A stretch of DNA of 64,000 nt from Candidatus Latescibacterota bacterium (GTDB taxonomy: Bacteria; Latescibacterota; UBA2968; UBA8231), in contig RKRN01000109.1 in the NCBI GenBank assembly GCA_007571365.1, positions 31,101 through 95,100 on the forward strand, given 5' to 3'. Position 1 is the stretch's first letter. Every line of letters begins with the position of its first letter. Under the pieces are notes generated by a model that saw nothing but the letters and a program-made list of their open reading frames with translations, did not search any database and was not told the origin of the DNA. The position numbers and the translations under genes are program-made. Shown piece after piece: positions 55,476 to 64,000 of this stretch.

Positions 55476-56548
55476 CGGGGGCGTGGCTGGTGGTGCGACC
55501 AAGCCTGAGGGTCCAGCCCGAGGCTGTGTGCGGCCTCGACGATGTGGCCCCAAGTCGTGTCGTCGATGGGAATACCCTCTTCTCGACGCTGGCGTCCCGT
55601 GCGGTATTCGGGGTCGCCGGGCAGCAGTATCTCGCCGATGTGCGAATCGACGCGGCTGGTGGATACGTGGCGGACTAGGCTTTCAAGTTCGTCGAAGTAG
55701 TAGTCCATTTCGACGAAGTGCTCGATGTTGTACACCGTCAGGTGCAGCCCGTTGCTCTGCATGACGGTCTCGCCGTTGGCACAGCCCTGACCGCTGAGAG
55801 CCCCGCCTAGAATCTCTACTACCATACTCAGGCAGTACCCCTTATAGGCTACCGGACCCCCAAAAGGCAGAATTGCGCCAGGCGGATCGCCGACAAATGC
55901 TAGCGGGTCGGTAGAGGGATTGCCATCGTGGTCAATGATCCGTCCTTCAGGTAACTGTTCTCCGCGGTTATAGGCGACGCGGACCTTGCCTTCGGCGCAG
56001 ACCGAGGTGGTCATATCGACCAAGATCGGATCGGCACTGCGGCGCGGCGCGGCGCAGGATATGGGGTTGGTGCTGAGCTTGCCGTCGATCCCACCGTAAG
56101 GAGCGATCTGTCGCCCGAGATGACCGGCGTTGCAAAAGGCCAATCCAATCATCCCTTGACGAGCAACCTGTAGCGGATAGGCACCCACCCGACCAACGTG
56201 CCCGCAATTGCGCAGGGTGGCAGTAGCGACTCCGTACTGGGCGGCCTTGTCGATGGCTAGCTGGGTGGCGAAGGTCCCGCCGATTTGGCCCATGGTCCCG
56301 CCGCCATCAACGACCACCGTGCAGGGTTTTTCGCTGACAATAGAGGGCTGACCTTGGGGGTCAAAGATGCCGTCTTGAATCTGTTGGATGTATTCGTAGA
56401 GGCGTAGGCTGCCGTGTGAATCGTGTCCGTAGAGAGACGACTCGACTAAGTGGTCAGTCACGGCGCGGGCGCTTGCGGGAGGGCAGCCAGCCGTCTCGAA
56501 AAGCTGGTAGCCGATCTGGCGCAGGTCGTCGGGTTTGATGTGCGGCAT
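55472..56548 (-). CDS. Ldh_2 family (malate/L-lactate/sulfolactate-type) oxidoreductase
   Basis: GHDSHG, HVGRVG.Y, STNPI, YKGY.L. Confidence 0.92.
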   Translation of the reverse strand: MPHIKPDDLRQIGYQLFETAGCPPASARAVTDHLVESSLYGHDSHGSLRLYEYIQQIQDGIFDPQGQPSIVSEKPCTVVVDGGGTMGQIGGTFATQLAIDKAAQYGVATATLRNCGHVGRVGAYPLQVARQGMIGLAFCNAGHLGRQIAPYGGIDGKLSTNPISCAAPRRSADPILVDMTTSVCAEGKVRVAYNRGEQLPEGRIIDHDGNPSTDPLAFVGDPPGAILPFGGPVAYKGYCLSMVVEILGGALSGQGCANGETVMQSNGLHLTVYNIEHFVEMDYYFDELESLVRHVSTSRVDSHIGEILLPGDPEYRTGRQRREEGIPIDDTTWGHIVEAAHSLGLDPQAWSHHQPRPR

Positions 56549-57363
56549 TAGTTGATTGCTCCCTTGAGGACGCGCTCGATTTCTCGTTCCCAAGTCCCAA
56601 CGACGCGTACGCCGTATTCGGCTTCACCACCCGTGGCTTCCGGCCCCGCTAAGATGGGCTGACCGCGTCGTTCGCCGATGAGTCTGGCGCGCTCGACACA
56701 GGCGGTGTGTAGGAAGTGAAAGGCAAGTCCGGCGCGCTCGCGATCAGTAGTATTGGCCTTAGTCGCATGGGCCGTGCCGTAGCAGAAGAAAGCGACGCCA
56801 CCGGCCTTTAGCTCAATGGGCACGGCGCGCTCTTCGGGTACTTGGCAGTGAATGTGGTGATCGGAGTAGAGATCGCGCTCGTGCGGGTACTCTTCCTTGA
56901 AGGAGTCGTGCACGACGTGGATGGTGCCGTTTTGGATGGTTGCGTCGTGAACGGCGACCCACATGGCAGTGCCTTTTAATGGATCGTCTATTTTGAAATA
57001 GGCGTTGTCTTGGTGCCAGTCCGTGCCAATGCCGTGGCCAGCCGGCTTGAGAAACATCTGATCGAGGTGCAAGATGAAGGGCGAACCGATGAGCTGTGAG
57101 ACAGCGACGGTGATTTTTTCGTCAAAGGGCAGGGCGCGGATGAGATCGCTTTTGTCGTACAGAGGAATCAGTTGCAGGTTGACCTTGGTGGTGGAGGGGG
57201 TCTGGCCGTCGCCCTCAGTGGCGACATTGCGGACCAAGCCCTCGCGTTTGAAGCGCTCAACTTCGGCTTGTATGGCTTGGACTTCGCGGGAGTTAAAAAA
57301 ATCGGGAACCGCAGTGTAGCCGTGATTTTTGAAGTGGGCTACTTGGGCGTGGGAGAGAGGCAT
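56548..57363 (-). CDS. PhyH/EctD-family Fe(II)/2-oxoglutarate dioxygenase
   Basis: FLKPA, WHQDNAY, distal His, N.T.R.R. Confidence 0.9.
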   Translation of the reverse strand: MPLSHAQVAHFKNHGYTAVPDFFNSREVQAIQAEVERFKREGLVRNVATEGDGQTPSTTKVNLQLIPLYDKSDLIRALPFDEKITVAVSQLIGSPFILHLDQMFLKPAGHGIGTDWHQDNAYFKIDDPLKGTAMWVAVHDATIQNGTIHVVHDSFKEEYPHERDLYSDHHIHCQVPEERAVPIELKAGGVAFFCYGTAHATKANTTDRERAGLAFHFLHTACVERARLIGERRGQPILAGPEATGGEAEYGVRVVGTWEREIERVLKGAIN

Positions 57364-57396
57364 GGGTGGTTCCTTGTCTTGTGCAGAATGGCGGGA

Positions 57397-58809
57397 CTAG
57401 GTCGTGCGCTGAGATGCTCGCGCCAATTCGCATAAGAGCGCAGCCGAAGTGCGGATGCCGCGGTGAAAGTCGCGCATGGAAAAGCGCTCGTTGGGGCCGT
57501 GCCAATTGTCGGTGATTTGCCCTAGGCCGATGAGCAGGACCGGCGCGCCTGTCGCGGCGGCAAAATCGACGACGATGGGGATGGAGCCGCCCTCGCGGGT
57601 AAACACCGGCTCGACCCCGAATCCCTGGCGCATCGCCTCAAGGGCTGGTTCGACTAGTGGATGCTCTAGGTCCAAGTAATAAGCCGGTGAACAATGCTGG
57701 TTTTTGAACTCGACGCGGGTGCCTGCGGGCACCCGAGCGCGGATGTGCTCTTCAAGGGCCGCTTGGATGTGCCCGGGATCTTGGTTGGGCACTAATCGGC
57801 AGGAGATGGCCGCTCGGGCCACAGCCGGAATGACGGTGCGCGGACTGCCGCCGCTGAGGAGGTTGATGTCGAGCGTGGGACGAGTCCAGCGCCTTTCGAG
57901 AATGGGGTATTCCCGCTCTCCCACTAGCGATTTCACGCCCAGGGTGCGGCAATAGGCTTCCTCGTCCACCGCGAGGGCCGCGTAGAGGCTCTTTTCGCGG
58001 GCCGAGAGCGGCTGCACCTCCTCGTAGAAACCGGGCACAGCAATGCGCCCTTCGGCGTCAATGAGACCAGCTAGGGCGTTGACGAGAAGTTGGTTGGGGT
58101 TGTGGACAATGCCGCCGAAAAGGCCGGAATGCACATCCTGCGTCGGGCCAAAAACCTCGACCTCGGTATAGACAATGCCGCGCAGCCCCAAAGTCAGCGA
58201 GGGCTGGTCCGGCCCGTACATGCTGGTGTCGGAGATCACCGTACAAAGCACCGGGGCAAATTCGTCGAGCCCCCCCTCGGCCACAAACTGGCGCAACGCA
58301 GTGCTGCCGCACTCCTCCTCGCCTTCGATCAGGAAGACTAGGTTGAACGGAAGTTGGTTCCCCTTGGCGAATACTACTTCGGCGGCCTTCAGATGCGCCA
58401 AGCAAGGCCCCTTATTGTCGCTGGCTCCCCGGGCAATGAGAAAGCCGTCCTGTTCTTCGGCGGCAAAGGGGGCCACCTTCCAAGCCGAGCGCGGATTGTC
58501 CACCCCTTGTACATCGTAGTGGCCATAGATCAAGACGGTGGGTTGGTGCGGCGCGAACGCGGGGCTACGGGCGACGACTAAGGGGTTGGTAGCGGCCCTT
58601 ACTTGGATCTTCTCGACCTCAAACCCCATTTGGTTGAATTGGCCAACGAGAAAATCGGCCGCTTGGACGAGGCTGTCGCCTGTGTCACCGTCGGCACCAG
58701 TGCTGACGCTGGGGATGCGGATAAAGGATTTCAGTTGTTCAATATAGGCCCGCTGCTGCTCATCAATACACAGCAGTGTTTGCTCTAAGGCTATGCCTTC
58801 CCCGCGCAT
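57397..58809 (-). CDS. M20 family dipeptidase
   Basis: YGHYDVQ, ARGASDNKG, EGEEE, HSG, GGSIP, HGPNE. Confidence 0.93.
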   Translation of the reverse strand: MRGEGIALEQTLLCIDEQQRAYIEQLKSFIRIPSVSTGADGDTGDSLVQAADFLVGQFNQMGFEVEKIQVRAATNPLVVARSPAFAPHQPTVLIYGHYDVQGVDNPRSAWKVAPFAAEEQDGFLIARGASDNKGPCLAHLKAAEVVFAKGNQLPFNLVFLIEGEEECGSTALRQFVAEGGLDEFAPVLCTVISDTSMYGPDQPSLTLGLRGIVYTEVEVFGPTQDVHSGLFGGIVHNPNQLLVNALAGLIDAEGRIAVPGFYEEVQPLSAREKSLYAALAVDEEAYCRTLGVKSLVGEREYPILERRWTRPTLDINLLSGGSPRTVIPAVARAAISCRLVPNQDPGHIQAALEEHIRARVPAGTRVEFKNQHCSPAYYLDLEHPLVEPALEAMRQGFGVEPVFTREGGSIPIVVDFAAATGAPVLLIGLGQITDNWHGPNERFSMRDFHRGIRTSAALLCELARASQRTT

Positions 58810-59130
58810 CGCTTCTCTGTTCTTTGATCGTCCGCCCCGCCTCTCAGCCTAGTCCGCCAGAGTGCCTCTCGGCCAGTGGTCGTGCTCTTGCTGAGGTGGG
58901 GTTTATTCGTTAGCTTTTTGCAACGCAAAAAACATAAAAGTTGAGAATCAAGTCCGATTTGCCCGCCTTGCCCGCTTCCCGCGACTGTGCAATATAAGTT
59001 TTTACATCGGGCTGTAAAGTTCCGTTCATCTCTTTTGGTTCTATATCCGTTTGGCTAGTCGCCTAGCCCGCAGGGGTGAGCGATTGACTTTTTTCGATCC
59101 CTATATCTACTGCCGTTTATCGTTCATTAA

Positions 59131-60150
<1,020 letters not shown>

Positions 60151-60219
60151 GCGAGCCGTAGGAGTGGATGACTCAATACAAGGCCCTGAGACTCAGGCGG
60201 AGGCAGAAAGGCGAAACGC

Positions 60220-60765
60220 ATGTTTGAGGAAGTCTGGAGAGCCTACCAAGAAAACGAACTAAGCCACAGCGCGGCGCACCATCTGATGGCAATCCACGAG
60301 TTGCGCGGGGAGTACGGCTACGCCCGCGTCTCGGACATCGCCAAGCACCTGAGCATCACCAAAGGTAGCGTCTCGACAGCCATGAAGCACCTCAAAGAGC
60401 GCGGCTACGTACAAGAGGACCCTAACCGCTTCCTCGAACTTACCGATCAGGGCCTGAAAATTGTCCAGGAAACCGAGGCCACGCGCTTGGTCGTGCAGCG
60501 ATTCCTCAGAGACGCCCTCGGCATGGACGAAGACGACGCCATGATCGACGCCTGCAAGGTTGAGCACCTAATCAGCAATGAGGCGCGGCAGCGGTTGGTC
60601 TGCTTTTTGCGCGTGTTGTTCTCGGAAAAACCTTTGGCCAATGAGTTTCTCCAGATGTTCCGCAATGATGCCCTAGAGTGCCGCGATGGCGATGTGGAAT
60701 CGTGTACCGTCTGCGAGGACATCTGCTACGGCTACCGCACCGTTGCCTTGGCCGAGAGCGAGTAG
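60220..60765 (+). CDS. DtxR/MntR-family metal-dependent regulator with Cys-rich tail
   Basis: ARVSDIA..L.ITKGSVS, LT..G, DACKVEH; CxxC tail. Confidence 0.9.
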   Translation: MFEEVWRAYQENELSHSAAHHLMAIHELRGEYGYARVSDIAKHLSITKGSVSTAMKHLKERGYVQEDPNRFLELTDQGLKIVQETEATRLVVQRFLRDALGMDEDDAMIDACKVEHLISNEARQRLVCFLRVLFSEKPLANEFLQMFRNDALECRDGDVESCTVCEDICYGYRTVALAESE

Positions 60766-60798
60766 ATCGATCCCAAGCATACGCAGTGTTAGCGATCT

Positions 60799-60823
60799 GG
60801 CCGGGCGGTGTCCGGCCTTTTTT
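60799..60823 (+). terminator. Intrinsic terminator after gap and the regulator gene
   Basis: GGCCGG...CCGGCC followed by T6. Confidence 0.7.
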
Positions 60824-60834
60824 GTGAGCGGACC

Positions 60835-61812
60835 ATGCTAGATTTTCTACAGCGGCAATTTCTGCCTATTGGTCTGTTGGTCGTGGCCGTGGTGGGATTC
60901 TTCTTTCCCCGTCCCGGCCTTTACATGGCCGAACTGCCCACTCAGTACGTTGCGGTCAGTCTTATTTTTTTTCTTTCGGGGCTGATGCTAAAAACCGACG
61001 AAGTCCACGCGGCACTCGCGGCGTGGAAGGCGATGTCTTGGGGATGTGTTTCTATTCTTTTCGCCACGCCTTTTCTCGGTGCGGCACTCGCGTTCCAACT
61101 CCCGATGGAACCCGCCTTCCAATTCGGTCTAGCCCTGTTCTGCTGCATGCCGACGACCCTGACTTCGGGCGTGGCACTGACGGCGCAGGCCCGAGGCAAT
61201 GTAGCACTTGCCCTGCTTTTGACCGTGCTGACCAATATCGCCGGCATTTTCACAGTGCCCTTCGTGTTGGCGCATCTGCTGAGTGCTCTAGGCCAAGTCG
61301 AGCTTTCGGCTAGCGATCTGTTTGTCAAACTCTGTCTTTCGATCTTGCTGCCCCTGGGCATCGGCAAGTACCTGCGGTGCTTCGCCGTCGCTTGGATCAA
61401 CGCCCAGCGCTCGCGGTTGACTTTGGCCAGCAACGCGGCGCTGATCTCGATTCCGTGGATGAAATTCAGCGAGTCTTCTGGACAGCTAGCTCAAATAGAG
61501 CCGATGAGTTTGTTGATTCTGGTGGCGTCTGGCTTGGCCATTCACGCGCTCTACCTGCTGCTCAATGGCGGTGCTTGCGCACTTTTGCGGCTCGAAGCGG
61601 CGGTGCGCAAGGCCGTTGTGCTGATGGCGAGCCAGAAGACCTTGCCGGTGGCAATGACAGTGCTGGCGTTTTTGCCGGATTCGGCGGTGTCGCCCGAGCA
61701 GAAGGGGTTAATAGCCATACCTTGTATTGTGTTTCACCTAGGGCAGATTTTCATGGACGCCGTTATCGCAACGCGGTGGGGGAATGTTTCGCCCGGAGAT
61801 CGCGTACGCTAG
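60835..61812 (+). CDS. Bile acid:sodium symporter family (SLC10A7/BASS4-like)
   Basis: FFLSGL.L, PTTLTSGVALT..A.GN, SQKTLPVA. Confidence 0.88.
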   Translation: MLDFLQRQFLPIGLLVVAVVGFFFPRPGLYMAELPTQYVAVSLIFFLSGLMLKTDEVHAALAAWKAMSWGCVSILFATPFLGAALAFQLPMEPAFQFGLALFCCMPTTLTSGVALTAQARGNVALALLLTVLTNIAGIFTVPFVLAHLLSALGQVELSASDLFVKLCLSILLPLGIGKYLRCFAVAWINAQRSRLTLASNAALISIPWMKFSESSGQLAQIEPMSLLILVASGLAIHALYLLLNGGACALLRLEAAVRKAVVLMASQKTLPVAMTVLAFLPDSAVSPEQKGLIAIPCIVFHLGQIFMDAVIATRWGNVSPGDRVR

Positions 61813-61902
61813 CTCACCGGCCCCGCAGCCACGAGTTCGCTCCGGCTCGGGGAACTTGGGGCTAAGATCAAATTCACTTCGTGGCCTTCCGTTGAAAGGA
61901 AT

Positions 61903-62502
61903 ATGCTCATGTTCCGCCTGACTGCTTTTATAGGAATCCTGCTTTTCATTCTGTCCTGCTCGCAAGATAAGCCTACGGCTCAAGACGCCTTTGATGTGAA
62001 GGCCGGGCCGTGGCAGACCGTTGAAATCAACGGTGCGCTCTACCAGCGCGTGGCCGCCAAGCCAACCTCAACGGCTCAAGGAGACTTGCTTATTACCATT
62101 CCCATTCGCTGGGAGGCGACCGCCTACGGAGCTATCCGCCTTTCGAATACCGTAGAGATCGCCGGGCGTACCTACACAGCCGACTGTGTGCAGACCGAGG
62201 AAGGCGACCAGGCACAGCTAGCGGATATGCGACGGGAAATCGACAAGCTCGTCGGCGACGCTGCGAGCGCGTCAATTGAGGACTGTCGCTATGCGGGCTT
62301 GGGCTCCAAGCCCTGCGGCGGTCCTTGGGAGTACGTAATTTACTCTGCTTCGTCCACTGATTCGACGGCACTAGCCGAGCGGCTGACAGCGTATAACGAC
62401 TTTGAAGCTGAGATGAATGAACGCTATGGGTATGCTTCGGACTGCTCAGTGCCCAACGCGCCGGTTTTGGCCTATAGGGATGGGCGGTGCGTCGCTGAGT
62501 GA
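61903..62502 (+). CDS. Hypothetical lipoprotein with Cys-rich C-terminal domain
   Basis: Lipobox ILSC; G.KPCGGP..Y..YS...SDC. Confidence 0.75.
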   Translation: MLMFRLTAFIGILLFILSCSQDKPTAQDAFDVKAGPWQTVEINGALYQRVAAKPTSTAQGDLLITIPIRWEATAYGAIRLSNTVEIAGRTYTADCVQTEEGDQAQLADMRREIDKLVGDAASASIEDCRYAGLGSKPCGGPWEYVIYSASSTDSTALAERLTAYNDFEAEMNERYGYASDCSVPNAPVLAYRDGRCVAE

Positions 62503-62525
62503 CGCCTTGCCTTCAAGAGCGTCGC

Positions 62526-63515
62526 TCAAATTTGCGAACTGTAAACCGCGTCGACCAATTCCATGGTCTTGATCGCGTCGTCGAAGTTCGTTTCGGGGTC
62601 TTTTCCCTTTAACATGCAATCCACGAAGTGGCGGTTGATATCGTAGGGGCCGAAGGCTCGGTAGTCCTCTGCGCTGTCGGCCAAGATAAAGGGGTCCAAT
62701 TCGTCGACGGGCTTGGTCTTGTTGTCGGCGTAGAGCTGGCCGCCTTCTTCGGGGTCGCCGAAGAAGGAGATGCCCGGGGCATGGACCTCGACGCTAAACA
62801 TCCGTCGACCGGCCATGAAGTTGTTGAGCAGGAGTCCGGTGGCCCCGCTGCTGAAACGAACCAGGGCTAAGTGGACATTCCAGTGGTCGGTGTCGAGGCG
62901 GCGCGAGTCGCTGGCGACGGATTCGACTTCGCCGCCACACAAATAGCGCAGGGTATCCACAGCGTGAATGCCGTCGCAGGTAAGCATGTCTAACGCTCCG
63001 CGATAATAGGGCGTACCGCCGACCCAGTTTTTGTAAAAGCTGGCGTGGGCGGTATGTACGGGCCCGCGTTTTTCGCACAGCATTTTGCCGCGGCGAATGA
63101 CCGGGGCAAAGCGGCGTTGGAAGGCGACGCCGGTCCGCACTTTGTGGCGACGGGCCAAAGCGGCGAGCTGGCGAATTTGCTCGGTGGTAACAGCCGGGGG
63201 TTTTTCGATGATGAGGTGGCAGCCGTGCTCGATAACGGTGGCGCAGATGTCAAAAAGGTGGTGCGGCGGCATAATGGCGTAAATCGCGTCGGGCTTTTCG
63301 CGCTCGAGCATTTGGCGGTAGTCGCGGTAGCGACCTTTGATGTCGTAGAGGTCGCAGGCTTTGTGCAGACGCTGTTGGTCGAGCTCGGCGACGGCGACTA
63401 GTTCGGCCTCGGGGATGGCGCACAGTGAGGGGTAGTGGGCCATCAGGGCGCGTCCACCAGCGCCGATGACAGCGACGCGGAGTTTCTTGTGGGCACAGCT
63501 TTTGGCGTTGGCCAT
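62526..63515 (-). CDS. Gfo/Idh/MocA family oxidoreductase
   Basis: VIGAGG, EKP, DGIHAVD. Confidence 0.92.
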   Translation of the reverse strand: MANAKSCAHKKLRVAVIGAGGRALMAHYPSLCAIPEAELVAVAELDQQRLHKACDLYDIKGRYRDYRQMLEREKPDAIYAIMPPHHLFDICATVIEHGCHLIIEKPPAVTTEQIRQLAALARRHKVRTGVAFQRRFAPVIRRGKMLCEKRGPVHTAHASFYKNWVGGTPYYRGALDMLTCDGIHAVDTLRYLCGGEVESVASDSRRLDTDHWNVHLALVRFSSGATGLLLNNFMAGRRMFSVEVHAPGISFFGDPEEGGQLYADNKTKPVDELDPFILADSAEDYRAFGPYDINRHFVDCMLKGKDPETNFDDAIKTMELVDAVYSSQI

Positions 63516-63562
63516 ATCTATTCTCCAAACGCGGCTAGCATTAGCTAAGGGATCGGCTCTTA

Positions 63563-63726
63563 GAAGCTGTTTTTAAAATTCTGCTTGGCGTTGCTTGTGC
63601 CCGGCCGCCCCGCTTGCGCGGGAAGGACGGCATAGGCGGGAAACCACTCCCGCGACCACGCCGCCAGTGGATTCCCACACGGCATGGCATCTCGGCTAAG
63701 CCCATTGAGGGCTTTAAAACAGCTTC
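63563..63726. mobile_element. 164-bp MITE-like element
   Basis: Terminal inverted repeats GAAGCTGTTTT(T)AAA / TTTAAAACAGCTTC, TA on both flanks, intergenic, no transposase. Confidence 0.75.
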
Positions 63727-63730
63727 TAAG

Positions 63731-64000
63731 TTACGCTTCTCGCTCCTCAAAATTTCCCGCCTGACGCAACGCTTCGACGCCGGATTCGGCGAGCGAGACG
63801 GGAAAGTGAACCGGGCGATTGCCCGCTAGCTGCGACTGGTAGATAGCCATGACCATTTCCAACGAGCGACGGCCCACCGCACCGTCGCTGCGCAAAGTGC
63901 CGCGGCCTTCAAGAGCGTCGATCAACTCGGACAATGCTGCGACGTACGTAGAAACCGGAGCCGGCCGTTCGACTTCGACTTCTTCGAGGCTGCTCCATTC
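63731..64000 (-). CDS. C-terminal fragment of a probable Gfo/Idh/MocA oxidoreductase (runs off window)
   Basis: GRRSLEMVMAIYQS...V.FP typical C-terminus. Confidence 0.7.
   Translation of the reverse strand, partial: EWSSLEEVEVERPAPVSTYVAALSELIDALEGRGTLRSDGAVGRRSLEMVMAIYQSQLAGNRPVHFPVSLAESGVEALRQAGNFEEREA

Noticed and set aside
63670-63681. 12-bp match GATTCCCACACG to the tRNA-Sec T-arm (28594-28605), possible attR
   Set aside because: Short, lacks the tRNA 3' end, lies inside the MITE, and would place housekeeping gap inside the island; probably chance

Overview
Bacterial chromosome window, mostly ~55-65% GC by eye. The gene repertoire (FlgD-Ig/'PFTPNGDG' C-terminal domains, a WGxIK tail, DUF6785-like membrane protein, PhyH paralogues) suggests an uncultured FCB-type lineage such as Latescibacterota or a Poribacteria-like symbiont; this is inference only. 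Bases 1-28.6 kb are core genome: sucD 3' part, CAAX protease and two glycosyltransferases, a structured ncRNA candidate divergent from an XRE regulator, two DUF151 nucleases, a ccm operon with CxxxY-type CcmE and a CcmF-CcmH fusion, a TPR/sigma54-activator/HtrA/M24 operon, and ispE-tRNA-Gln-rplY-pth-hppA-rpsF-DUF2232-rplI-lipoprotein-tRNA-Sec. Directly after tRNA-Sec lies an accessory region (~28.6-52 kb) with two convergent operons of secreted proteins built from shared paralogous modules. The minus-strand operon (WGxIK-tailed protein, terminator, two CTD-bearing proteins, ~900-aa putative beta-barrel, lipoprotein PPIase) is the best candidate for an undescribed outer-membrane export/assembly system. 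The right end holds a catabolic operon with a frameshifted glycosidase-like gene, gap, an MntR-like regulator, a symporter, oxidoreductases and a 164-bp MITE. All family calls come from motif recognition by eye; no searches were run.
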